DNA from: Candidatus Aenigmatarchaeota archaeon
Lineage (GTDB): Archaea; Aenigmatarchaeota; Aenigmatarchaeia; Aenigmatarchaeales; JACQIB01
DNA length: 64,000 bases
Assembly: GCA_016198755.1 (NCBI GenBank)
Contig: JACQIB010000004.1
Coordinates: 64,001 to 128,000 of the forward strand
Direction: 5' to 3'
Shown here piece after piece: positions 19,001-27,293 of this stretch; position 1 is the stretch's first letter, and each line of letters starts with the position of its first letter. Position numbers and translations under genes: made by a program. Under the pieces are notes generated by a model. The model was not told the origin of the DNA. It made no database searches and worked only from the letters and a program-made list of their open reading frames with translations.

Positions 19001-20994
19001 GTAGAAGAGTTAAAAACAATTGGAACCTCGCAGGTTTCGTTTCCGTCACAATTTTCCAGATAGCTGTTCACAGTTTCCGCAGGAATGCTAACTTTTACCC
19101 AGCCTGTTTGTGTTCCATAAAGGAAATCATCTATCTCCCCATCTCCTACAAAGTCAACAGACAGGTCTGAAACATAGGTTGGCGGAACATAAGTCTTCAA
19201 TCCTATATAGTTTACATACATTGGAACTCCATCTTTCGCATCCTCTGCAACAGATATTGTGTTCAGCCCATCGTTCAGAGTGCTCAGACTGAGCGGTACC
19301 TCAATTGTTTTGTTCCCATAAGGAAATGACAGGCTATTTGATGCAGCGAATGTGCAGTCGTATGTGGGATAAGAGCCTGCAACCCTCCAATAAGTGACAC
19401 GAACATAACACTGCCCATTACACCATAAGCCATCTATACCCTCACATGCGCCAGAAGTATAGTGACAATCTGAGTCTCTATTGCAGCTACCCCAAGGATT
19501 TTTTGTGTACTTCCCAGCCCAACTTCCACATATGTATGATTGCCCAACTACTGAGCAGGCTCTGTTAAGGAAATAGAATAGATTTCCATTTGCATTTGTC
19601 AATGCCTCTGCATTTATAACAAGCCCCACAGAACTTATTTTTGATTTGTCTATTGTTATGTTGAAGTCCGAATAATCACAATAATTATCCAGATTGTCTT
19701 CACAGTACCCGGTTATTGAAGATTTTAAGGCAGGATTCAAAGAACCGGAAAGTTTGTATTCTATATAGTTCTTTGGCTCTGACTTTAGGTAAATGTCAAA
19801 GGTTTCAAAAGTTTTCCCTTTTGGAAGATTCAGGAAAAGAATTTCGTTCTTTCCTGAAAACGACAGGCTCTTGTTCAAGTATACGGCTTCTTCCGGAAGG
19901 TTATTTAATACCTCTTGTTTTTCTTTCAGCTCATAAGCCATAACGTTCAGTATTCCTATGTTTCCAGAGCTGAAGGAAACAGGAATAGTGCAAATCCCTT
20001 TTTCATCTGCTGTACATTTATCCAGTGCATCCAGCACAGTTCCTATAGGTATTTCAACAGTTCTCTGCCCAAGTATATTACCGTTAGCCAAAGCCTCGGA
20101 AAACCCATCGCCATCAAAATCTATTTTCACGTCCGAAGGGTATGCATCAATGTTTGAAGTATCCAACCGCAGGCTTACATTGTCTACATACATTCCAGGA
20201 TCTTTCTGGGAATCTGAAAAGGAAAATACATTCTTTCCCTGCTTTAACGTCCCGCTTTTCATAGAGATTGTCTTGTAAGAGCCTGTATGCTCGAATCCTG
20301 ATACAAGTCCCCATTGGGTTGTGTTGCACCTGTAGCTTACACTTGAGTCAGGGAAGGGTGAAGGGCAGTAGCTGTATTTGTCCTTAGTAGGTTCCCAGAC
20401 CTTTTCCCTATTAACAAAATAATACATGTCTGAAGGCGGGTAACCCATAGCATGACCATTTACAATAACCTGTGCAGCTGTTACTTTTGACATGTCCATA
20501 CTAATATCTGCTGTAAAATCATCTGTATTGCAGTAAACATTGTAGCCTGTTGAATCACAGTATACTACATCTGCAGTATCAGACGGCGTGAGCCAGTCAC
20601 TTCCCGCTGCGTTCCAAGGCCTTGAGTGCAGTGGCAGGCGCACATCCCGTCCAAGTATATACTCTGCATAATCCTGCTGATACCCCCTCATATATACTGT
20701 AAGAGAAGAGACATCAGCCCATTTTTTAACTTTCAAATTGAGAATCTGTAAACTGGAATTAGTAAAGGTAATATTTTTGTTCACTGCTGTCAAAGTTGGA
20801 ATATTGTTGCAGCTTTCTATTTTAACCCAGCCGCTTGGAACAGATTGAGGCGAGCCAAATGTCTGGCACTCGAGAGTTTCTGGATTGAAAGCATCTGCCA
20901 AAATCTGTATACCAAAAATAGCTGCGAAAGAAACCCCAGCGCTCAGAATAAGGAAAGCCAGAACTAAACCCCCCAGGAGAGCGTTTACCCGCAT
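16003..20994 (-). CDS. Large membrane-anchored polymorphic-toxin-like protein with tandem C-terminal zincin-like domains
   Basis: Signal peptide, two ~300-aa repeats, TM helix + RR, coiled coil, Gly/Ala/Lys linker, HAVAH...EELAD and HEFAH...ELEAD. ORF is secure; function is inferred. Confidence 0.7.
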   Translation of the reverse strand: MRVNALLGGLVLAFLILSAGVSFAAIFGIQILADAFNPETLECQTFGSPQSVPSGWVKIESCNNIPTLTAVNKNITFTNSSLQILNLKVKKWADVSSLTVYMRGYQQDYAEYILGRDVRLPLHSRPWNAAGSDWLTPSDTADVVYCDSTGYNVYCNTDDFTADISMDMSKVTAAQVIVNGHAMGYPPSDMYYFVNREKVWEPTKDKYSYCPSPFPDSSVSYRCNTTQWGLVSGFEHTGSYKTISMKSGTLKQGKNVFSFSDSQKDPGMYVDNVSLRLDTSNIDAYPSDVKIDFDGDGFSEALANGNILGQRTVEIPIGTVLDALDKCTADEKGICTIPVSFSSGNIGILNVMAYELKEKQEVLNNLPEEAVYLNKSLSFSGKNEILFLNLPKGKTFETFDIYLKSEPKNYIEYKLSGSLNPALKSSITGYCEDNLDNYCDYSDFNITIDKSKISSVGLVINAEALTNANGNLFYFLNRACSVVGQSYICGSWAGKYTKNPWGSCNRDSDCHYTSGACEGIDGLWCNGQCYVRVTYWRVAGSYPTYDCTFAASNSLSFPYGNKTIEVPLSLSTLNDGLNTISVAEDAKDGVPMYVNYIGLKTYVPPTYVSDLSVDFVGDGEIDDFLYGTQTGWVKVSIPAETVNSYLENCDGNETCEVPIVFNSSTMGNIGNIALYAQEEPLFTPASNPFILASGEGSENEFDLAGDATAFAQENPLLSLLLFGGTAAAGVALTRRSSIGDWIGKINAKTSQEIETENQPTKSFEEKFAESTSTSKYWKELEKIRLEREREREAEARREASAYRAQRRAETNAKWAALGIFPKPEPQPELKIERNPNSIYFPRPEPPVKTVILEPKAYFSSVPAPEVELYTEQPQKGFWGKLKDKAAGFVGSVQDGWNKLKQTANTAKGTSLAGNLFYSTMQIAEFQVGVVKSVYNTVKGLVYDLPKVVYNVGKAGYEWAITSEDHWGDVKGALGTAKEKVEWVASHPDEVKEKVKELAHKAWDYCSGSAENAGECVGEVAQLFVGGGAVGGAAKAGKAGSLAGKAGKAANAAGKIGKGVETAGKLGKAGNKINKVVDAKKAGTVLKDAEKGLSKTSWENKFQMAIETAGKGGIEFSGGVKAPKLIQNMAKKEIEKLGLKGWDVEVGVVDTITKEGKNVIEKEFIYYIPGTKKVQIILTREAITPDNIAVLKHAVAHPFIDTSEGIIVAENILKENDVIMKSSMRNIMFNEAKEELADLVALEYGGETYLNYLKKMSELGYKYDKKVTLFGKQISIPIEKSASKKDVQDILEKLIQKKVRDEETRQITLGLLKETEKVKPVNGIYGKAGHAGLPVMSLPWAGGVAAARAAKIPEIVETILVKGEKVTVSRAVTDWSGRKISSDTLTNLQKSHLGMIRGEIGKGARNYNVKLGNIEYRDFGKNDAWARSSYDTLFIDQKTSAAELIRRGTISHEFAHMEVAQKRFARKLDFNYRPVAFKKSYLAELEADALINVRDGENVFRNRVELLVEESKADDAAKLLDGVKINQREIENVVANELLAIRTGDELLIRKSQGISKLLVDKGLITREQYAQLQISMNNWLKNTIDKGRIGNKAAAEERIAELFDIFKSPRGVDGKALSGNFGGQISKDVKVSKAEGFVIDKPRSIYDRAADKVKNFFGKNNVI

Positions 20995-21056
20995 AATAAA
21001 GTAGTATCTAGCAGGAATTTAAACCTTGTGGGCAGGAATTTTAGCACAGTTATTTG

Positions 21057-22076
21057 TTAATCAGTCTCTTTGTAGGGGTTTCCAACCTTTGTTATTCTCT
21101 TTGGATGGTCTATATCCCTTCCCAAAGCATTTACAAGGTTTCTTACAAGTGCCCAGCCGCCTGAAAGCAGACAGTAATTATCAAAAGTTTGGTTCAATTT
21201 TATGTCCAAACCAGCTATATCTGACCCAGATCCAATACCAAAAAGCATAGCGCCAGTAACCTGCTGGAACTTTTTGAACTTGTCAGCATATTCTGAGAAG
21301 TGTGGATGATGTATAACAACAGCACACCCTTTATTCAGCCCTTCTTCAAGCCCATGGAAAATATGTGTATCAGGATAGTAAACAGCCATTTTACCAGTTG
21401 TTTCACAAAGTTTAAGGGAAAGCTCTGCAGCAACTCCAGTCTCCAGTCCAACAAAATAGAATTGCTTTTCTTTAGAAAGTTTTTCCAGAATCGCAGGTTC
21501 AATATCTAGCATGATGTTTTTCTCTATTTTTTTCCCAGCATCCTCCAAATCTTTCTTTAGCTTTCCAAAGTCTATTTTCTTCCCCTGTAAAACAGCTAAA
21601 TTAAAAATAATTGAATCGCAGATCAATCCCTGTTCAATAACACTTTTAGTTGCAGCAATGCCCTTTTCAAACCCGCATTTCATTAGAATTTTTCTGTCTG
21701 CTTTGTTTGCCAGTGGAGAATCTGGAACAGCTGTAATTGCCACACATGTTCCCCCATGCTTTTTTGCATGTTCCAAAAGCAAAACAACTTCTTTTGTTTT
21801 TCCTGAGTTGCTGAACAAAAAAAGGTATGTATCTGAAAAATCTGTATATTGCATTAAGTCAGAGGAAAAGTAAGCTTCTACCCTGTTCTTTATGTTAAGT
21901 TTCAGAGCCCTGTTCTTTGCATTGTTGCCCGGAAACAACAGGCTGCTTCCCATACCAGTAAAAACAACTCTTTTATCCCCAATTTCTTTTGCGATATCTT
22001 TTGTAAGTGAAAAATCAAATTTCTCACAAACTCCCCCGCTCTCCAGCATCTCTTTTACAGTTTCTGACTGAACCAT
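21057..22076 (-). CDS. Double-SIS sugar-phosphate isomerase/deaminase (GlmS isomerase-domain-like)
   Basis: FTGMGSS, SNSGKTKE, EKGIAATKS, ELSLKLCET, HG, PKRITKV. Confidence 0.8.
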   Translation of the reverse strand: MVQSETVKEMLESGGVCEKFDFSLTKDIAKEIGDKRVVFTGMGSSLLFPGNNAKNRALKLNIKNRVEAYFSSDLMQYTDFSDTYLFLFSNSGKTKEVVLLLEHAKKHGGTCVAITAVPDSPLANKADRKILMKCGFEKGIAATKSVIEQGLICDSIIFNLAVLQGKKIDFGKLKKDLEDAGKKIEKNIMLDIEPAILEKLSKEKQFYFVGLETGVAAELSLKLCETTGKMAVYYPDTHIFHGLEEGLNKGCAVVIHHPHFSEYADKFKKFQQVTGAMLFGIGSGSDIAGLDIKLNQTFDNYCLLSGGWALVRNLVNALGRDIDHPKRITKVGNPYKETD

Positions 22077-22102
22077 GTTCAGGATTTAGGTTGGTTCAAT
22101 AT

Positions 22103-22558
22103 TTAAGGCTTTTCAACCTTACAGACCAAGGGTTTTGCAGAAAAGTAGATTGAAACCAATAAAAGCACTATACTCAATAATTGGAACTCTGCACCTCCAA
22201 AAGGCAGAACAGCCAGAGCTGTTGGTATGCCTGCTGCTGTTAGTATAAGAGGGTAGCAGATAGGGCATGCGCTTGTAAATAAGCCTGCAAACATTCCTGC
22301 AATTCCCATTCCCTTTCCTGATAGTTTTCTGGCCTTGTTAATATTAAGTGTTATTGCAGTTGAAGAGAGGAATATGAAAATTATAAAGAAAATAATGCTT
22401 TGCAAAGTTGTTGTTTCTGTGAACAATATTTCTCCCTGCAATAATCCAGGCAGGCTTATAAAATTCATAAGAAAGGCTGCGGCAATTCCCATTATTAGGG
22501 CTGAAATTAAAAAACTCTTTCTCTTTTCAGAAACAACAGAAAAAATCTCCTTTATCAT
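22103..22558 (-). CDS. Membrane protein with intramembrane CxxC
   Basis: About 4 TM helices, SACPIC; ATGA overlap with the upstream gene. Confidence 0.7.
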   Translation of the reverse strand: MIKEIFSVVSEKRKSFLISALIMGIAAAFLMNFISLPGLLQGEILFTETTTLQSIIFFIIFIFLSSTAITLNINKARKLSGKGMGIAGMFAGLFTSACPICYPLILTAAGIPTALAVLPFGGAEFQLLSIVLLLVSIYFSAKPLVCKVEKP

Positions 22559-23517
22559 ATTACCACTAAGGTTCCGCGGGCCATGTTCATTGAACATCTG
22601 AACTGGTATGTACCAGCTTTTTCCGGTGTAAACTGCACGGTATCAGTGGAACCAGGGTTAACAGTCTTTCTTATATTAAAATCAGGGAAAACAATAGAAC
22701 GTGTACAGCCTGCATCTTTCGCAGCCTGCAGGTTTATTTTAACAGGAGATCCTTTATTTACAGTTATTGTTGAAGGCTCATATGCAATTGCCCCCATTTT
22801 CAAATTAACCTCCTGTATACCATTGTTTGTCGGAACAATAGTATTTCCTGTTGGTTCTCCGCTTGGTTGTGCAAATAAGCTTCCGCTGGCTGTTCCAATG
22901 TTGCTATAATCAGCAAAAACAGAAGTTGCAAGAGCTGCAATTGAAATCAAAATTCCAAGTCCAATAAGATTTTTTGAAATGTTCCTGTTAGCATGCTGAT
23001 ATATAACATAAACCATCTCCCAGACCGTTAAAATTATAATGAAAATAAAAAATGGCATAAACAACTCCACATTATAAAATCTTATCATTATTCCCAACAT
23101 CCCCCCCATCATACCTCCCATTGGCCCAGCCATTACTCCTTCCATTCTGCCCAGAGCAGAGCCGCGTCCCATTCTTCCCATGGGAATACCGAAAACCAAG
23201 CCTGCTGCTGTTCCAATAACAATCCCAACAAGGAAATCAGCTGTTACCAGAGCAGCAAGAGTTCCAACAAAGAAACCTGCTGTTATACCAAAAACCATAC
23301 CGCTCATCATGCAGCACATCTCGCTCAGGTCTGTTTTCTTGGAGAGTGTGTAGTAAGCAGCCCAGCAAAGTAAAACCATTGAAAATAAAAACGGAGCTGT
23401 AAAAGGAGATTTCATGTAAATAATGCTTATAATAGCAGAAACAGCAACAACAGCCCCCAAAATAATAGTTGCAGTTGACTTCTTCAGGGACAATGAAACT
23501 CCTTTCTCCTCATCCAT
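22555..23517 (-). CDS. Met-rich multi-pass membrane protein fused to a C-terminal cupredoxin domain
   Basis: MCCMMSGM, MAGPMGGMMGGMLG; YEP-x2-I-x-V...GC...FTP-x3-G-x-Y-x-F-x-CSMNM-x2-G. Confidence 0.8.
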   Translation of the reverse strand: MDEEKGVSLSLKKSTATIILGAVVAVSAIISIIYMKSPFTAPFLFSMVLLCWAAYYTLSKKTDLSEMCCMMSGMVFGITAGFFVGTLAALVTADFLVGIVIGTAAGLVFGIPMGRMGRGSALGRMEGVMAGPMGGMMGGMLGIMIRFYNVELFMPFFIFIIILTVWEMVYVIYQHANRNISKNLIGLGILISIAALATSVFADYSNIGTASGSLFAQPSGEPTGNTIVPTNNGIQEVNLKMGAIAYEPSTITVNKGSPVKINLQAAKDAGCTRSIVFPDFNIRKTVNPGSTDTVQFTPEKAGTYQFRCSMNMARGTLVVI

Positions 23518-23553
23518 ACAAATCCTTTCTATCTAAGTGTTTAAATACCTTTC

Positions 23554-24150
23554 TTAGCCTTCCACCATATCAGGCAAATGCTTTACAAGTCCAGCCTTCT
23601 CCAGCATAAGAAAAGCATACCCGCGCGGTGATAATTTTATACTCTCTATACCAAGTTCCCTTGCAAATTCCAGCAGCTGTCTCCTAGTCTCATCCACACC
23701 TCCGAAATCCTCCAGAGCCTCCACTTCCATAAAATATCCTAAATCTTTTACTGTATCCAGTGCAATTTCAAACTTGTCCTGAAAAACAAAAACCTCCCTA
23801 TATTTTTCAACTGTAACAAGTTTTTTTAAGTTAATTGCAGCAAAAATCTTCTCCAGCCTTGTACAATCTGCAATTTCCGTCTCAAACTCATCGCAGTGGG
23901 TTGTAACAAGAGCATCCTCAGGATAATAATGCTTATAGCTAAGTATTGTTTTTCCGCCCCTCTTCCTTATGCTTAACCACTCAAATGGAAGGTCTCTGAC
24001 AAAATTCCTATGTGGAGGATTATAATAGTCATCCACCTGTTCGCTTGTTTTTACAAACTTTGCTATTTCCCTTACTTTTTCCCCAATTCTCTCAAATTCC
24101 TCTTTAGTTAAAACCAACTTTATTTCCACTTCCACATCGTTCTTTGCCAT
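23554..24150 (-). CDS. Class IV adenylate cyclase/CYTH protein (CyaB-like)
   Basis: EVEIK, QVDDYY, VEKYRE, LDTVKDLGYFMEVE, GY. Confidence 0.88.
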   Translation of the reverse strand: MAKNDVEVEIKLVLTKEEFERIGEKVREIAKFVKTSEQVDDYYNPPHRNFVRDLPFEWLSIRKRGGKTILSYKHYYPEDALVTTHCDEFETEIADCTRLEKIFAAINLKKLVTVEKYREVFVFQDKFEIALDTVKDLGYFMEVEALEDFGGVDETRRQLLEFARELGIESIKLSPRGYAFLMLEKAGLVKHLPDMVEG

Positions 24151-24185
24151 TAACAATTCCCTGTTTCAACAAATAAAAAGGCAGT

Positions 24186-24310
24186 TGGAGCCTCGGGCGA
24201 GATTTTCCAGCAGGAAAGGATCTCCCCTTCCTGCGCATCGAACTCGCGACCTCGTCCTTACCAAGGACGCGCTCTATGTCTGCTCGCGCAACCGACTGAG
24301 CCACCGAGGC
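24186..24310 (-). tRNA. tRNA-Thr(GGT) with two non-canonical introns (D-loop and T-loop), CCA encoded
   Basis: Acceptor GCCTCGG/CCGAGGC-T-CCA, D-stem GCTC/GAGC, anticodon arm CGTCC-TTGGTAA-GGACG, T-stem GCGAG/CTCGC; removing 15 + 34 nt gives a 76-nt tRNA. Confidence 0.92.
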
Positions 24311-24342
24311 AGAAATAGGTGTGCAGTTACAGCTTAAAAGAT

Positions 24343-24657
24343 TTAGGCTTCAGGTGTTTTATCTTTCTTTTTCTTCCCGCCCTTGAGCTTGGGTACTTTA
24401 ATCTCAAATCCACAGTGCTGGCATTTTGTGGAAAATTTGTACATTGCAGCCTTAGAAACAGGTTTCCACTCCTGCTGGTTAAACCCATATTTTTTGCATG
24501 TAGGGCAGGTATATTCTATATTTAATGTTGTACTGCCTTTAACAAGAAGAGCTCGCAATTTTCCCCCATCTTCCAGTTCCCTTATTGTATGGTACTCGCA
24601 GTCTGCTGCGTGCAATCCTTTTTCTTTTATAATACCTGCAATCTTTTCAAAATCCAT
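24343..24657 (-). CDS. Zn-ribbon hypothetical protein
   Basis: CPTC...CQHC, basic C-terminus. Confidence 0.7.
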   Translation of the reverse strand: MDFEKIAGIIKEKGLHAADCEYHTIRELEDGGKLRALLVKGSTTLNIEYTCPTCKKYGFNQQEWKPVSKAAMYKFSTKCQHCGFEIKVPKLKGGKKKKDKTPEA

Positions 24658-24706
24658 ACACAGCTATTGAAAATACTCTCTTAAAAAGATATGGGAGCTC
24701 AAAAAC

Positions 24707-25519
24707 CTATTTTATAAGCCCTGCAAGAAAGGCAAAAATTCCCACAAACATCCCAATTTTCATTAGTTTCTGTGCTTTTGCCGGATCTGAGAAGCTAAGT
24801 GCTAATGAATATAGGTTCAAAATAAAGACAGGCACAAGGAGTACGATATAATATACTCCCAGAGCTCCCAGTAAATATGGTATTGGAGCTATAATCAATG
24901 AAACAATTATAAGTGCAGCTGCTGTGTGCGGAGCATATTCCCCAAGCAATATAGCAAGAGTGCGGATTCTGGCTTTTTTATCACCTGCTATATCCTCTAT
25001 TCCCTTCACAGTTTCTCTTGCAAGGTTTGATAAAAAGCTAATTGCAAAAATAATCCATACAGTTGGTGTTATAGAGTTTGTAAGCAGGGAACCGAACAAA
25101 AAGCTTGAGGCTGCTAACCAACTATCCACGGGATGCCCTGTTACTGTTCTCTTGATTTTTGCATTGTAAGCTATTAGCAAAGCAGAGTTAACAACAGCAA
25201 AAGCAAGCATGTAAACATTTGTAAATGCAGCTAATATAATTCCTAAAATTATCAGTGCAAATCCAAACAATCTTGCCCCAACATCAGAAACCCTGCCGGA
25301 TGGTATTGGCCTTTCAGGCTTGTTTACCTTATCAATCTCCTTATCATAATAGTCATTAAGAGTGTTCCCGCCCGCTGTTATCAGCATTACAGCTGCTACA
25401 GCAGCAAAGAACGGAAGGGAAAAAGGTGGAGCCACACCCCCGAGTAAAGCTCCAACTAAAACAGCAAACCCACTTAAAATCCAAACACTCGGTCTTGTTA
25501 TTTCTATCCAGGCAAACAT
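24707..25519 (-). CDS. UbiA-family prenyltransferase, likely DGGGP synthase
   Basis: NDYYDKEIDKVNKPERPIPSG, ARETVKGIEDIAGD. Confidence 0.85.
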   Translation of the reverse strand: MFAWIEITRPSVWILSGFAVLVGALLGGVAPPFSLPFFAAVAAVMLITAGGNTLNDYYDKEIDKVNKPERPIPSGRVSDVGARLFGFALIILGIILAAFTNVYMLAFAVVNSALLIAYNAKIKRTVTGHPVDSWLAASSFLFGSLLTNSITPTVWIIFAISFLSNLARETVKGIEDIAGDKKARIRTLAILLGEYAPHTAAALIIVSLIIAPIPYLLGALGVYYIVLLVPVFILNLYSLALSFSDPAKAQKLMKIGMFVGIFAFLAGLIK

Positions 25520-25550
25520 TGATATCACACAAGAATTAGTTTCCGGCTTA

Positions 25551-25727
25551 TTAAACTTTCCTTTCTTTGTTCTTCTGCCTTAATCCATGGTAACCGCACT
25601 TTCTGCATTTTACTTTTCCAGACTTAACCTGTCCTGAATCAGCGCGGATTTTAGCGTTGCATTTCATGCAAACCCAGACTCTCTCGTAAATCCTGTTGAA
25701 TGCTGCAGCCATTTTTACCTTTGCCAT
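25551..25727 (-). CDS. rpl40e: 50S ribosomal protein L40e (58 aa, below ORF-track cutoff)
   Basis: Manual translation MAKVKMAAAFNRIYERVWVCMKCNAKIRADSGQVKSGKVKCRKCGYHGLRQKNKERKV. Confidence 0.9.
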   Translation of the reverse strand: MAKVKMAAAFNRIYERVWVCMKCNAKIRADSGQVKSGKVKCRKCGYHGLRQKNKERKV

Positions 25728-25769
25728 ATAAACCAGAGAATACTGTGTACAGAGAGGTTAAATAGGTTA

Positions 25770-26375
25770 CTATAGAGCACCAATGTGTATCGTAATTTTT
25801 ATGAGGAAAATAGCAGCTATTATTAATAAAATAGCTGCGGGCAGTGCCCAACTTAATATTGCTTTTAGAATGCTAAATCTATGAGCTTCGTGTATGGCTG
25901 CTGTCAATGGATAAAAATAGTATGCTTCAAAAAGGTATATTAAAGGTATACCATATATATTGATAGACGATATAAAAGATATTAAATTAGTAACTATAAC
26001 GATAGGAACAGTATAAAGAGCTACCAAATATAATTGTGTTGTAAAACAACCTTTACCGCTAAGTATCTTCGCAAATATATGGCAAAGCCCAGAGAAAATT
26101 ACCGAACCTAATAATACGAAAAGAAAAGCTAGAATAAATTCCCCTAGGAATAACGCAGCATTTCCAGATGATGTTACAGTATCTGATAAATGTAAAAAAT
26201 TTACAAATGAAAAGCTATCGGGTTGCAATATAGTCCTAAGTCCATCCAATATACCAGCGAGTGTTCCCCCAATAAGTATAAGTTTTATGCTACCTTGCAA
26301 ACTAGCATCCTTGGTAATGTGTCTAAAAGTATCAAACGGCATAAGTAACGCAAATAACAACGTCTTAAAATCCAT
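25770..26375 (-). CDS. Yip1-domain membrane protein
   Basis: L-x2-P-x2-TF, HIFAKILSGKGCF, AIHEAHRFS-x2-KA; about 5 TM. Confidence 0.75.
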   Translation of the reverse strand: MDFKTLLFALLMPFDTFRHITKDASLQGSIKLILIGGTLAGILDGLRTILQPDSFSFVNFLHLSDTVTSSGNAALFLGEFILAFLFVLLGSVIFSGLCHIFAKILSGKGCFTTQLYLVALYTVPIVIVTNLISFISSINIYGIPLIYLFEAYYFYPLTAAIHEAHRFSILKAILSWALPAAILLIIAAIFLIKITIHIGAL

Positions 26376-26471
26376 AAAAATTCAAATCTATTAGAGCTAA
26401 AAGCAATATAAACCTTCCACTCTAGTTCACTTTTTCCTAGCAAGCCCGTGCACAATCTTGTTAATGTAAAT

Positions 26472-27293
26472 TCAGCGCATTTTCATTTCTTTCAGCTTTC
26501 TAATTCTTTCCTCTATTGGAGGATGGGTAGAAAACAAACCTGCAATCCAGCCTGCTGAGAAAGGGTTTACAATCCATAAATGGGCTGATGCAGGGTTTCC
26601 CTTGATTGGATGTGCTTTTGCAGCAGCCCCAAGCTTCTGGAGAGCTGAAGCCAAACCCAGAGGATTTTTTGTAATCAATGCTCCAGTATAGTCAGCCTGC
26701 AGTTCTCTCCCCCTGCTGATTGCCATCTGTACCAGAGCAGCAGAGATAGGAGCTAAAATAACCAAAGGCAGTAGATAGATAAAACCCCCCTTTCTGCTAT
26801 CCCCTCCAATAGAGAGCCACCATGCCATGTTTGCTAAAAAGGAAATAGCTCCCCCTACTGTTGCTGCTATTGTAGAAACTAAAGTATCCCTGTTCTTTAT
26901 GTGCGAGAGCTCGTGAGCCAAAACACCTTCAATCTCCTCATCATTCATCAGCTCTTTCAGTCCCCTTGTTACAGCAACAGCAGAATGTTCTGGGTTTCTT
27001 CCTGTTGCAAAAGCATTTGGCACAGGCAAGTCAACAAAATAAAGTTTTGGAACAGGTATTTCAGCCCCTTTAGCTATCCTCTGAACCATACCTTCTATTT
27101 TCTTGTCCTTCAAGGGCTGCGCTCTATAAATTCCTAGAACAATCTTGTCAGAAAACCAGTAGCTTACAAAGTTAATTAGAAGAGCAAAACCAAAAGCAAT
27201 GGCAACTCCCCCTGTCCCTCCCAAGAGAAAGCCAAAACCAAGTAAAATTGCTGTCAGTATACCCAAAAGCAGTGTTGTTCTTAATATAGCCAT
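26472..27293 (-). CDS. htpX: Protease HtpX (M48)
   Basis: PNAFATGR, AHELSH, SRGRELQAD, FSTHPP. Confidence 0.95.
   Translation of the reverse strand: MAILRTTLLLGILTAILLGFGFLLGGTGGVAIAFGFALLINFVSYWFSDKIVLGIYRAQPLKDKKIEGMVQRIAKGAEIPVPKLYFVDLPVPNAFATGRNPEHSAVAVTRGLKELMNDEEIEGVLAHELSHIKNRDTLVSTIAATVGGAISFLANMAWWLSIGGDSRKGGFIYLLPLVILAPISAALVQMAISRGRELQADYTGALITKNPLGLASALQKLGAAAKAHPIKGNPASAHLWIVNPFSAGWIAGLFSTHPPIEERIRKLKEMKMR

Noticed and set aside
23554-24186. Integrated element at the tRNA-Thr 3' end
   Set aside because: No integrase and no duplicated tRNA 3' fragment noticed in the window
24104-24304. 66-aa ORF
   Set aside because: Overlaps the intron-containing tRNA-Thr
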